DNA from: an uncultured Verrucomicrobiae bacterium | GTDB taxonomy: Bacteria; Verrucomicrobiota; Verrucomicrobiia; Chthoniobacterales; JAFAMB01 | NCBI GenBank assembly: GCA_963762565.1 | Contig: CAVXLD010000003.1 | Span: 640,001 to 704,000 of the forward strand | Reading direction: 5' to 3' | DNA: 64,000 nt | Shown here: piece by piece, positions 29,484-38,118 of the stretch | Layout of the letters: every line of letters begins with the position of its first letter | Position numbering within the stretch: the first letter of the stretch is position 1 | Notes under the pieces: model-generated | What the model was told of the DNA's origin: nothing | Seen by the model: only the letters and a program-made list of their open reading frames with translations | Databases searched by the model: none | Translations under genes and position numbers: made by a program

Positions 29484-29502
29484 TTGGTGATTAGTGATTG
29501 GT
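29465..29502. repeat. Heptamer block (GTGATTR)n at the oxoprolinase 3' end
   Basis: cgtgaggggtgaaacgtgattggtgattagtgattggt. Confidence 0.65.
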
Positions 29503-29544
29503 CGCGCGTCGGGCGGTGTGGTGGCTTGTAATTTGCTGTCCGCT

Positions 29545-30147
29545 ATGAGGGTGACGTCCTTGAACTCCTCGAACTCCTTTACTCTCCGCCTTGCTAGTCC
29601 CGGTGATGCAGAGCAGATCGCGGCAATTTATGCCCCGTTTTGCCTCGACACGGCGGTCTCGTTTGAGACGGTGGCGCCGGATGAAGCAACGATGCGGGAA
29701 CGGATCAGCGCGACAGCGGCGCGATATCCTTGGTTGGTCGCGGTTTCGGAAACGGGGGATGTACTTGGTTATGCTTATGCAAGCAAACATCGTGAGAGAG
29801 CGGCCTATCGATGGTCGGTCGATTTCACCGTTTACGTAGCGCCGGCGGCGAAAAGGCGTGAAATCGGGACGACTCTATACCGTGCGCTAACGAAGATCTG
29901 CCAATATCTCGGCTACTACCGGGCGTTTGCCGGGGTCACTCTACCGAATGAAGCCAGTGTCCGGCTCCACGAGAAAGTCGGGTTTCGTGCGATCGGAATC
30001 TATCAGCGAGTCGGTTTCAAGCTCGGCAAATGGCATGACGTCGGGTGGTGGAGCCTCGATCTGGCGCCAGAAGAAGACGCGCCGGGTGAACCGCGACTGA
30101 TCGGAGAAGTGCTCGGATCCGGTGTAATTGAAGAAACGCTGCGGTAG
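29545..30147 (+). CDS. GNAT acetyltransferase, phosphinothricin/ArsN/YncA-like
   Basis: IAAIYAP, VSFETVAP, GYAYASKHRERAAY, LPNEASVRLHEKVGF, GFKLGKWHDVGWW. Confidence 0.88.
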   Translation: MRVTSLNSSNSFTLRLASPGDAEQIAAIYAPFCLDTAVSFETVAPDEATMRERISATAARYPWLVAVSETGDVLGYAYASKHRERAAYRWSVDFTVYVAPAAKRREIGTTLYRALTKICQYLGYYRAFAGVTLPNEASVRLHEKVGFRAIGIYQRVGFKLGKWHDVGWWSLDLAPEEDAPGEPRLIGEVLGSGVIEETLR

Positions 30148-30161
30148 GGTGTCTTGTCTGA

Positions 30162-30413
30162 ATCTCGCCGCGAAACCATATCGTCAGCATTCGCGAAGAA
30201 CGGTACAAGCTGGCTGAGTATTATGCCATGAACGGAACGGTGGAGAGCCAGTGGGAAATGTACGACCTGCTCAGCGATCCTCTCGAAGTCACCAACATTG
30301 CCTGGCTCACCTATAACCGCAGCCCTGAGCAGCAAAAGGAGTACGACCGCCTCAGACTCAAACTCGAATACGTGAAGTCAACCCGCCTGCAGCCGCTGCC
30401 GGACTCGCCTTAG
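30162..30413 (+). pseudogene. C-terminal remnant of a sulfatase-like gene
   Basis: In-frame RNHIVSIREERYKLAEYY...WEMYDLLSDPLEVTN, typical of sulfatase C-termini; an in-frame stop lies directly upstream and no catalytic domain is present. Confidence 0.7.
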
Positions 30414-30545
30414 GCTCGTCCGGAATAGCAAATAGCAAATAGCAGATAGCAAATGGAACTCCCTCCGACCCAGCGCCGGGCCCGGAGGGGATTTGCTATT
30501 TTCTATCTGCTATTTGCTATTCCGGACGAGCCTAGGCGAGTCCGG
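30399..30545. repeat. Family 3 palindrome: GC-rich REP-like ends with inner (AATAGCA)n arms, copy a
   Basis: CCGGACTCGCCTTAGGCTCGTCCGGAATAGCAAATAG / CTATTTGCTATTCCGGACGAGCCTAGGCGAGTCCGG. Confidence 0.9.
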
Positions 30546-31592
30546 TTATCTGCCACCGGAGGCATCTTTAAGAAATGCTCTGACGGTCTTTTGTATGTCG
30601 CGCATCATCGCAGCGCCTGAGCCAAGGCGTTCCGTTCCGCGCAATTCGCTAATGGCTTTTGCGGAAACCAGGTCGACCCGCCAGATCAAGGTTGCGTCTC
30701 GTCCGTCTACCTGTACCGGCCAGAGCTGTTCCAAGGTGACGACCGCGTAATAGCCGCCGCTGGAATAAAACCCGAGGTCGAGCGTCTGGTAGCCGTCACC
30801 GACCGGTCTTGCGTAGAAGGCGTCCAAACTGACAGCCGCCTCGCCGTTAGCGTCAAAGAGCTGCCAAGAGAGTGATGCGGACGATCCGCCGCCTCCGCCG
30901 ACCGGGGTCGCCGAAATAATCGGGGAAAAATGGGAGCGCAGGTCGCCGCTGCTATCGAGCAGCTCAGCTACTTCGGTTGCCGGGGAGATGCCAGTTTGAT
31001 ATGACACTGCAGAGGCGAGTCCTCCAGATGCAAAATTCCTGGCTCGTTCTGCCAGGACCTGGCTCCAAAATGCCAATATCGGCCCGGAGATGGTGCCTGC
31101 GCCGCCTGATGCTCCGCCGGAGTACTCTTTCATCTCCGCACTACTCAGCTGCAGTTTTGAAGAGTCGCCAGGGAGCTGCTCGGTCGCTTCCACAAATGCC
31201 CGAATGGAGGTATTGGAGGGAGCAGATGCAAGGCTGTGAAAACTCTCGGGGCCAGGCCTCGATGAAAGGCTGCCTTGGAGATAGGTCCTTAACTCCGGAT
31301 GCCGGGTGGGATTCCATTGTTGAAGAAGGCCGAGAGTGGTCTTGATGGCAGCCCGTACGACGTAGGCACTCTGAACTGACACCCCGCGTGCCAGCCTGCT
31401 GATAGGCGCACCCGCTGCTGCCACGTTGTCCCCGGACAACTTGGAGAGGTCCACGTCCTTCAGAGCCGATAGTGACCTGAGGTCGCTAACTGGATCCGCG
31501 GAAACGTTGAGCGTCGGTGTCAACACCCCGGCCAGGATCGCGAGAAAGGCGCCATTGAACAGGAGGTTCTTTCGAACGCTGGTAGGCTTCAT
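30546..31592 (-). CDS. Hypothetical exported protein
   Basis: Long ORF with signal peptide MKPTSVRKNLL...NVSA; no family recognised. Confidence 0.7.
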   Translation of the reverse strand: MKPTSVRKNLLFNGAFLAILAGVLTPTLNVSADPVSDLRSLSALKDVDLSKLSGDNVAAAGAPISRLARGVSVQSAYVVRAAIKTTLGLLQQWNPTRHPELRTYLQGSLSSRPGPESFHSLASAPSNTSIRAFVEATEQLPGDSSKLQLSSAEMKEYSGGASGGAGTISGPILAFWSQVLAERARNFASGGLASAVSYQTGISPATEVAELLDSSGDLRSHFSPIISATPVGGGGGSSASLSWQLFDANGEAAVSLDAFYARPVGDGYQTLDLGFYSSGGYYAVVTLEQLWPVQVDGRDATLIWRVDLVSAKAISELRGTERLGSGAAMMRDIQKTVRAFLKDASGGR

Positions 31593-31729
31593 AAGGCTAT
31601 AAGATGCCGTCGTCGTAGATTTGCAAAATGCAAGTTGAGGATTTCGAGGATTCGAGGAGTTCAGCATAGAGCGCGCATGGAGGCAGGTAGCACTTGGCGG
31701 AAGGAAGCTGTGCGGAGCACGAACAGGCA

Positions 31730-32584
31730 CTAATTCCTTCGCCGTATTCCCATAAAACCGGCCACAAGTCTGTCGAGTATTCTCATGGGGAGCAATTGCG
31801 GAATGATCCAGTTCGTCAGGCGACTCGGAACGATAGCGTAGCGTACGCGCGGTTTCGCAGCCGTCAGAGCACGCCAGACCGCCCTTCCGATCACGTCTGC
31901 GGAATAGCCGCTAACGGCTTCCTTCGCGGCGTATCCTTCAAACTTCGCTAATGCCTCCGCATAGGGTGTCTCGCGAAACCGTTCAGCCAACCCGGTGTCA
32001 GACTTTTGCCAGATTGGAGTCACTACCGCGCCAGGGCCAATGATAATTACATCGACCCCAAACAGAATAAGTTCGCGCCGAAGGCTCTCGGAAAATCCTT
32101 CCAGACCAAACTTCGATGCGGCATAGGCGCCTCCAAACGGACCGGCAATCTTGCCACTGGCCGACGAAATATTAACAATCCTCCCAGGCTTCCCCTTCCT
32201 TGCAGGATCCGCGCCCAGGAGTGGCAGAAACGCCTTCGTCACAATAAACGGACCGACAAGGTTGACCTCGAGTTGGCGCCGAAACTGATCGGTCGGAAGA
32301 TAGCCCAGAGGACCTGCAACCTCGATCCCGGCATTGTTAACTAAGCCGTCCAGAGTACCCACCCCCAAACACTCGCTCACCTTTGCCGCCGCAGCGTGCA
32401 CCGCGGCTTCGTCCGTCACGTCAAAAAGCAGTGGAACAAATCTATCCCCAAAGTCTCGCTGCAAACGTTCTGCATTGAGTTGACTCCGCACGTTGCCATA
32501 CACTCGGAATTCGCGACTGAGCAGCTCTTTGACGCAGGCATATCCGATCCCGGTAGAGACTCCAGTTATGACAACGTGTTTCAT
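31730..32584 (-). CDS. Short-chain dehydrogenase/reductase
   Basis: TGVSTGIG, LVNNAG, NISS, YAASK. Confidence 0.93.
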   Translation of the reverse strand: MKHVVITGVSTGIGYACVKELLSREFRVYGNVRSQLNAERLQRDFGDRFVPLLFDVTDEAAVHAAAAKVSECLGVGTLDGLVNNAGIEVAGPLGYLPTDQFRRQLEVNLVGPFIVTKAFLPLLGADPARKGKPGRIVNISSASGKIAGPFGGAYAASKFGLEGFSESLRRELILFGVDVIIIGPGAVVTPIWQKSDTGLAERFRETPYAEALAKFEGYAAKEAVSGYSADVIGRAVWRALTAAKPRVRYAIVPSRLTNWIIPQLLPMRILDRLVAGFMGIRRRN

Positions 32585-32792
32585 TTCGAGGGAAGAGGCT
32601 TGACAGTCAGAAACGTTATCAATAGCGCGGCAGTTACTATCTTCAAATCTTCGAGGCGGATCCCAATAAAAAAAGCCGCCCCGGATAGTGCCGCTTGACT
32701 AGTTAATCATTGAAACGTCAGAGCAAAAATGTCATTTTGGTTAGGTTTCCGGATGCTTTAACCGACCCCTTTACAATTCACAAGGAGTTTAG

Positions 32793-33749
32793 ATGAAGAT
32801 TCTAATGTATTCAAAATGGGATGCGATCCCTGTCGTAGGCGGAGCGCTTCACTTTGCGTACGTCCTCACGTTTTTCTTGGTGTTTCCGCACGCGCCCTGG
32901 TGGCTGCTAATTTGTATGGGGCTCATCTACTCGATGAGCGTTTCCTGGAACATCAATGGGATATCGCACAACCAAATTCACAATCCGTATTTTACTTCCA
33001 GAATTGTTAACCGGTTGTTTAACATCATGGAGTCGGTGACTCTGGGGATTTCTCAAACGTTTTATAAACATGTGCATCATCGTCATCACATGGGGAACAG
33101 CGATAGACCTGACGAGAACGGGGAATGCCATGACTGGATTTCCATCTATCGGCACGGACACGATGGCGAGCCGGAAAATCCCTGGAGCTACATTTTCCTC
33201 AGTTATCTTCGAGAAGATCCAAAGGCGATTTACAGGGAAATGATTAGGAAAAACCGGGTCGATGCCCGGTGGGGAATTGCCGAAATCGCGATTTTAGGAG
33301 CGACTATTGCTATCGGCTTGGTTTTAGACTGGAAATTCTGGCTCTTCTTTTTGCCGTTCTATTATTTGGGGCACTGTTGCACGTATCTTAACGGCTATTT
33401 CCTCCATTACGGGGGCAATCCTGACAAGCCGATCGCATGGGGTGTAAGCTCTTACCACCAGCTCTACAACTGGCTCTTCTTTAACAACGGTTACCACGCC
33501 GAACACCATTTTAGGCCAAAGTTACATTGGACCAAAATGCATCGGCTCCACGAGGAAATTGGCGAGCTGCAGCGGCAGGAGGGTGTTCGGGTAATAACGC
33601 CGCCACACGCGTTAGGATTCCTCGACCCAGATCTCCCCTGGTGCAAACCGAAGGAATCGCCAACGCTCCTTACCTCGTCTGAGGAAGCATCTACTGTTAG
33701 ACAGCTAGAGTCAGCCGTAACCGAACCAGCTCCACAATCGAAAGGTTAA
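32793..33749 (+). CDS. Membrane fatty-acid desaturase/hydroxylase family protein (paralog 1)
   Basis: His boxes HNQIH, HVHHRHH, HAEHH and several TM segments. Confidence 0.88.
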   Translation: MKILMYSKWDAIPVVGGALHFAYVLTFFLVFPHAPWWLLICMGLIYSMSVSWNINGISHNQIHNPYFTSRIVNRLFNIMESVTLGISQTFYKHVHHRHHMGNSDRPDENGECHDWISIYRHGHDGEPENPWSYIFLSYLREDPKAIYREMIRKNRVDARWGIAEIAILGATIAIGLVLDWKFWLFFLPFYYLGHCCTYLNGYFLHYGGNPDKPIAWGVSSYHQLYNWLFFNNGYHAEHHFRPKLHWTKMHRLHEEIGELQRQEGVRVITPPHALGFLDPDLPWCKPKESPTLLTSSEEASTVRQLESAVTEPAPQSKG

Positions 33750-34187
33750 AGGGTAGGAGGCTGTTGAAGAACCGATCGGCTGTCGCGCCGCGCTATGACC
33801 ACTTTTTGGTCTGACGTGATCCGTCACCCAGAACGGAGGGGAGCCGCATTCCGTCCTCTACTGCCGCCGGCATTGTCGCAAACTCGGCGCTCTCCGTCCC
33901 AGCCGCGTATTAGCTGCGGCTCCCTGATCGCGTGAACAGACCACAAACGTGCGACCTCAAGCGGCGTGGTACGGTTCCGCCTCCGCAGACTACGGCGCGA
34001 CAGGTTTTCGGGGCGTCGCGGTTGTGGCACAGGAAAAACCGCTGCGCTCATTTTTAGATCGCGGATGCAGTCGGCATAGCAACCCTGAATGCGACGCCCC
34101 TCCGTTGGTCCTCTGGTAAAGCCCAGGATCCAAAAATTTCGCCTGTACTGTTGTTCAAAACTCACAGAAATGATTAGAAATACCCGA

Positions 34188-34598
34188 ATGACTACAAGGA
34201 AGAATTTCCCCCTAAAACTGGCGGTGGGGCTATTCGTAGCGATCCTAATCGATACAGTTCTGCAGCTGGTTTGGAAATCTGCGGTGGTGTCTTTACCTAG
34301 CGATGGATCGCCTTGGCTGAACGTGCAGGCCGCTTTGCACAGCCCTCTTTTTATGTTCGTCGTGTTGTTGATGCCGTGCCAATTTTTTAATTGGTTGATG
34401 GTTCTCGGCAACGCAGATTTGAGTTTTGCTCAACCCGTTACCGCGCTGAGTTATGTTTCGGTTTTTTGTCTGTCTGTCTTTCTGTTAAAGGAACCACCGG
34501 ATCTGGTTCAGATAGCAGGTATCTTATGCGTGCTTGCCGGTGTTTGGTTCATCAGTCAGACGGATCACGTCACACCGCCCCAGGAACGCGAGGCATGA
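34188..34598 (+). CDS. Small EamA/SMR-like (ArnE/ArnF-type) transporter
   Basis: Four TM segments, QLVWK, DLSFAQPVTALSYV, LLKE. Confidence 0.8.
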   Translation: MTTRKNFPLKLAVGLFVAILIDTVLQLVWKSAVVSLPSDGSPWLNVQAALHSPLFMFVVLLMPCQFFNWLMVLGNADLSFAQPVTALSYVSVFCLSVFLLKEPPDLVQIAGILCVLAGVWFISQTDHVTPPQEREA

Positions 34599-34930
34599 TT
34601 GGCCAAGCCGCAGTTGGTGTGCTTCTAGTGGTCATTTGCGCGCTGCTTGAAGGCGTGGCTCAGGTGTTCTTGAAGAAATCGGTTTTGAGAGCTGTCGGTT
34701 GGTATCTTTGGATTTCATTGGGCGTTGTGATTCTGCTGGTGGAAAAAGCAATCTATTCTGAAGCCTTGCTCTTTCTCGATGTCGGCGCCGCCTATGCGAT
34801 CAGCAGCCTGAACCTGATTTCGATCACGTTCATGTCGCGCTTTCTCCTTCGGGAAAGGGTGACGCGAACCCGCTGGATGGGGGTTTGCTTGATTTTTGTC
34901 GGCGTTGGTCTTGTGGCAGCGCGCGCGTGA
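34595..34930 (+). CDS. Small EamA/SMR-like (ArnE/ArnF-type) transporter
   Basis: AQVFLK, DVGAAYAISSL, LLRERVT; ATGA overlap with the upstream gene. Confidence 0.8.
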   Translation: MIGQAAVGVLLVVICALLEGVAQVFLKKSVLRAVGWYLWISLGVVILLVEKAIYSEALLFLDVGAAYAISSLNLISITFMSRFLLRERVTRTRWMGVCLIFVGVGLVAARA

Positions 34931-34932
34931 AG

Positions 34933-36066
34933 ATGGAAGCTTACGAGGTTGAGTTCCTGAGCAAGGCCTCGCAGATTTCAGCTGACCTGTGGGACACCTG
35001 CTTTCAGCCCCCAGTAGAGGGTCGCTGGTGGTATGAGGCCCTGGAACAATCCGGCATCGATGACCAGTTTACGTTCCTTTATGGCTTGATCAAGCATCTC
35101 GGTTCTCCGGTTGGAATAGCGCCGGTTTTCGTTATGGATATGCCGGTCGAAGAAGTTGCTCCGCAGGAATTCTTGCAGCTCTTGCGACTCATTGGGACGA
35201 TCGTGCCGTCCGTGCTGCGCCAGCGGACCTTATTTCTCGGATCTCCGATCCTCGATGAAGGCAGAGTTGGTCTCATTTCCGAGGCTAACCGGCGTACTGC
35301 CCTTCTTGCTCTGCAAATGGCGCTGGAAGCGAAAGCCGCCGAGCTTCGTGCTTCTCTGATTGTGTGGAAAGATCTTCCTGAGAGCGCTTCTGCCGATATG
35401 CGCTGGCTCTCCCAAAGGCGAAGGCTTTTTCGCGTAGTTAGCCTGCCAAACACGCTCTTAGAATTGCCTTCACATCGCAAAGAGGACTATTTCGCGGCCC
35501 TGAAGAGGTCCAGACGGTACAACCTGAAGAGCAAGCTTAAGCGTAGTAGGGAGCAGGTAGCGCTTAGTGTAGAAGTCGTCCAGCGTCCAGACGCAAAGAC
35601 GCTCGACAAAATTTTTGGCTTATTTTCGCAAACCTATGAAAAAGCGACTTCAAAATTTGAAAGACTTAGTCGTAAGTTTTTTGAAGTCTTCGCTGAGAAA
35701 GAGGCCGCACTTTTTATCATCCTCCGGGAAGAAGCCACCGGCGAGATGGTGGCATTCAGGCTCTGTTTCGCCAAGGGTGAGCGGCTGGTCAATTTGTACA
35801 TTGGCATGGACTACGGCCGGCCGAAAGAGTGGATGCTTTTTTTCCGCTTATGGGAAGCCGCGGTCGATGTCGCTTTAGACCGCGGTTTTACAGCCATTGT
35901 CAGCGGTCGATCGTCTTATGACGTGAAAATTGAAACGGGCCATAAGCTGGTTCCGCTCAACAACTATTGCCACCACACCAACGTTATTTTACACGCGATC
36001 TACCGTGTGGTCGCGCAGAGAGTCGACTGGGCCTCGCTCGACGAGGCCCTTGCTCGCGTCATGTAG
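34933..36066 (+). CDS. Tandem-GNAT / FemAB-like acyl- or aminoacyl-transferase
   Basis: EDYFAALKRSRRYNLKSKL, FERLSRKFF, YIGMDY, SGRSSYDVK. Confidence 0.72.
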   Translation: MEAYEVEFLSKASQISADLWDTCFQPPVEGRWWYEALEQSGIDDQFTFLYGLIKHLGSPVGIAPVFVMDMPVEEVAPQEFLQLLRLIGTIVPSVLRQRTLFLGSPILDEGRVGLISEANRRTALLALQMALEAKAAELRASLIVWKDLPESASADMRWLSQRRRLFRVVSLPNTLLELPSHRKEDYFAALKRSRRYNLKSKLKRSREQVALSVEVVQRPDAKTLDKIFGLFSQTYEKATSKFERLSRKFFEVFAEKEAALFIILREEATGEMVAFRLCFAKGERLVNLYIGMDYGRPKEWMLFFRLWEAAVDVALDRGFTAIVSGRSSYDVKIETGHKLVPLNNYCHHTNVILHAIYRVVAQRVDWASLDEALARVM

Positions 36067-36070
36067 GGGC

Positions 36071-36214
36071 GGCGGGTTCGCCTGAGGCTCGCCCGCAATA
36101 GCAAATAGAAAATCGCAAATAGCAAATCGGGGATACACGCTACCCACCGTTGTGTTGCTGGAATTTTTGCTATTTGCTATCTGCTATCCTGGGCGAGCCT
36201 CAGGCGAGCCCGCC
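36071..36214. repeat. Family 3 palindrome, copy b
   Basis: GGCGGGTTCGCCTGAGGCTCGCCC-(AATAGCA)n ... (TGCTATT)n-GGGCGAGCCTCAGGCGAGCCCGCC, between convergent genes. Confidence 0.88.
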
Positions 36215-36219
36215 ATGCC

Positions 36220-37110
36220 CTACGCCGTCGGTGCTCCCTGCGTCTCTACTTCGGCGTCAGGCTTCGGCTGATTGGAATCGAGGAAACCGAGAGCGTGGGG
36301 CGGCTTAATCACGTGGACGCCGGCCTTAACTTGTTCTACTCGGATCTGCTCGTGCAGCTGATGCATCTTCGTCCAATGCACTTTCGGCTTGTAATGGTGC
36401 TCAGCGTGATAGCCGTTGTTAAACCAGATCGCGTTATACAGTTTGCCGTAGCTGCTCACGCCCCAAGCGATCGGTTCTTCCGGATTCCCACCGAAATGGC
36501 GGTAGTACCCATTAAGATACGAGAGGCAATGACCTAAATAATAGAACGGCACGTAAAAGAGCAAAAATTTCCAGTTTAAGATCCCGGCAATCACCGCCAG
36601 CGCGACCCAAGAAGCGATCTCAAAAACTCCGAAGTAGGCATTGAACGGTTTCCGCTTTTTGATCTCGCTATAAATCTGTTTTGGATCATCGCGGAAGAAG
36701 CTTAGGAAAACATAAGTCCAGACATTTTCCGGCAGTTCGTCATGCCCGTGCCGGTAAATTGAGATTGGATCAACGGTCTCACCAGTGTCATCCGGGCGAT
36801 CACTGTTTCCCTGATGATGTTTATGATGCACCAGATCGTAAAATTGTTGGGAGAATCCCATGGTAACGGAAAGCAACCAACTGAAAGCATAGTTTAGCGG
36901 CTTCCATTTAAAGTACGGGTTATGGATGAAGTTGTGTGAAATCCCGTTGATATTCCATGAGATGCTGAGGGAATAAATGAATCCCAATATCAGCATGATC
37001 CACAGGGGGGTATGCGGAAATAAGAGAAACAGCGTAACCAAATACCCCGCGTGAGCTATCGCGCTAAGCACGGGAATGGCGTCATACTTCGTGAATGCCA
37101 AAATCTTCAT
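36220..37110 (-). CDS. Membrane fatty-acid desaturase/hydroxylase family protein (paralog 2)
   Basis: HNFIH, HHKHH, HAEHH; shares SWNINGISHN, ISIYRHGHD, PIAWGVSSY and PPHALGFLD with paralog 1. Confidence 0.88.
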   Translation of the reverse strand: MKILAFTKYDAIPVLSAIAHAGYLVTLFLLFPHTPLWIMLILGFIYSLSISWNINGISHNFIHNPYFKWKPLNYAFSWLLSVTMGFSQQFYDLVHHKHHQGNSDRPDDTGETVDPISIYRHGHDELPENVWTYVFLSFFRDDPKQIYSEIKKRKPFNAYFGVFEIASWVALAVIAGILNWKFLLFYVPFYYLGHCLSYLNGYYRHFGGNPEEPIAWGVSSYGKLYNAIWFNNGYHAEHHYKPKVHWTKMHQLHEQIRVEQVKAGVHVIKPPHALGFLDSNQPKPDAEVETQGAPTA

Positions 37111-37181
37111 ATAGCCGTTGACAGGCTTAACATAAGCGAGAACACTTGCAACTGCTTCCTCGCAGGAGGTTGCATTCCACA

Positions 37182-37625
37182 ATGCCTTCCCTTACATCCG
37201 AACCGGATCGCGCCGCTCTGAACGCCGAGCAAATCGTCCGAAAATCCGCCTGGTACGTCAATCCTTACGTGCACATTGGTCTGAACGTGATTTTCTGTTC
37301 GATTGCGCAAATCCTGTTCAAGGTGGGCAGCGACGCGACGCCCGGCGGATCGCTGCTAGGGTTCGCCAGCTTTGGTTCTTTGGCCGTGTGTTTGGGGATC
37401 GGATGCATGATAGCCGGACTGTTTACCTGGCTGCAAGCGCTACGTTTTGTGCCGTTGATCATCGCTTATAGTCTGGCAGCGGCGCAACAAGTCCTCATCC
37501 CACTTGGTTGCTGGTTTTTCTTGGGAGAGCAAATCTCGCTCGTGCGTTGGGTGGGAATTTTGGTGGTTACGTTTGGGATCGTCATCATCGCGCGGCCTTT
37601 GGCGCGGCTCGAGGAGAGGTTATGA
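37182..37625 (+). CDS. Small EamA/SMR-like (ArnE/ArnF-type) transporter
   Basis: AQILFKVG, WLQALRFVPLIIAY, FFLGEQIS. Confidence 0.8.
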   Translation: MPSLTSEPDRAALNAEQIVRKSAWYVNPYVHIGLNVIFCSIAQILFKVGSDATPGGSLLGFASFGSLAVCLGIGCMIAGLFTWLQALRFVPLIIAYSLAAAQQVLIPLGCWFFLGEQISLVRWVGILVVTFGIVIIARPLARLEERL

Positions 37626-37957
37626 CCCTATTTTTCTTTTTGTTGCTGCTTATCTCAAACAGCAGCTCAATTGGCGGTCAGCTCTGTTTCAAGCGGGCAA
37701 TGGGCCATCCCGACGTGGTTGGTTGGGGGCGAGCTGGGTGGATCGGCGCCGGCTTGGTCGGTGGAGCGATCGGTTTCTTTTTCTGGTTGGCGCTGCTACC
37801 GCACTTTCCGTTAAGCAAAATTTTTCCAATCGAAGCAATCGACCGGCCGATGATGGCCGTGGCCGCTTCCTTCTTTTTGCGAGAGAAACTGACGCCACAG
37901 CTTATGCTGGGAATCGCCGTGATTACGGTCGGCGCGGTGCTCGTTTCCACAACGTAG
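37622..37957 (+). CDS. Small EamA/SMR-like (ArnE/ArnF-type) transporter
   Basis: GQLCFKRAM, WLALLPHFPLSKIFP, FFLREKL; ATGA overlap. Confidence 0.8.
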   Translation: MTLFFFLLLLISNSSSIGGQLCFKRAMGHPDVVGWGRAGWIGAGLVGGAIGFFFWLALLPHFPLSKIFPIEAIDRPMMAVAASFFLREKLTPQLMLGIAVITVGAVLVSTT

Positions 37958-38011
37958 TTGCTCTGAGGCTTTCTTGGCTTCACGCTTCGGGAACACGTCG
38001 GGTGCAGACTC

Positions 38012-38118
38012 GGATGGGACTTATAGGACCAATGGGACTTATATGATCACGAACGCTGACTGTTGACCGCCCAGGAGCTTCGCCAAACCAATCACCAATC
38101 ACGAATCTCCAATCACTT
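38012..38118. repeat. Nonamer (GGACYWATR)n block and heptamer (CCAATCA)n block
   Basis: cggatgggacttataggaccaatgggacttat; accaatcaccaatcacgaatctccaatcac overlaps the stop of the arginase-like gene. Confidence 0.75.

Noticed and set aside
30228..30413. Stand-alone 61-aa protein
   Set aside because: Sulfatase-like similarity extends upstream of the ATG, so it is treated as a gene remnant.
34933..36066. Calling the GNAT a bacterial ceramide synthase
   Set aside because: No serine palmitoyltransferase is nearby, and the motifs support only a general FemAB-like GNAT assignment.
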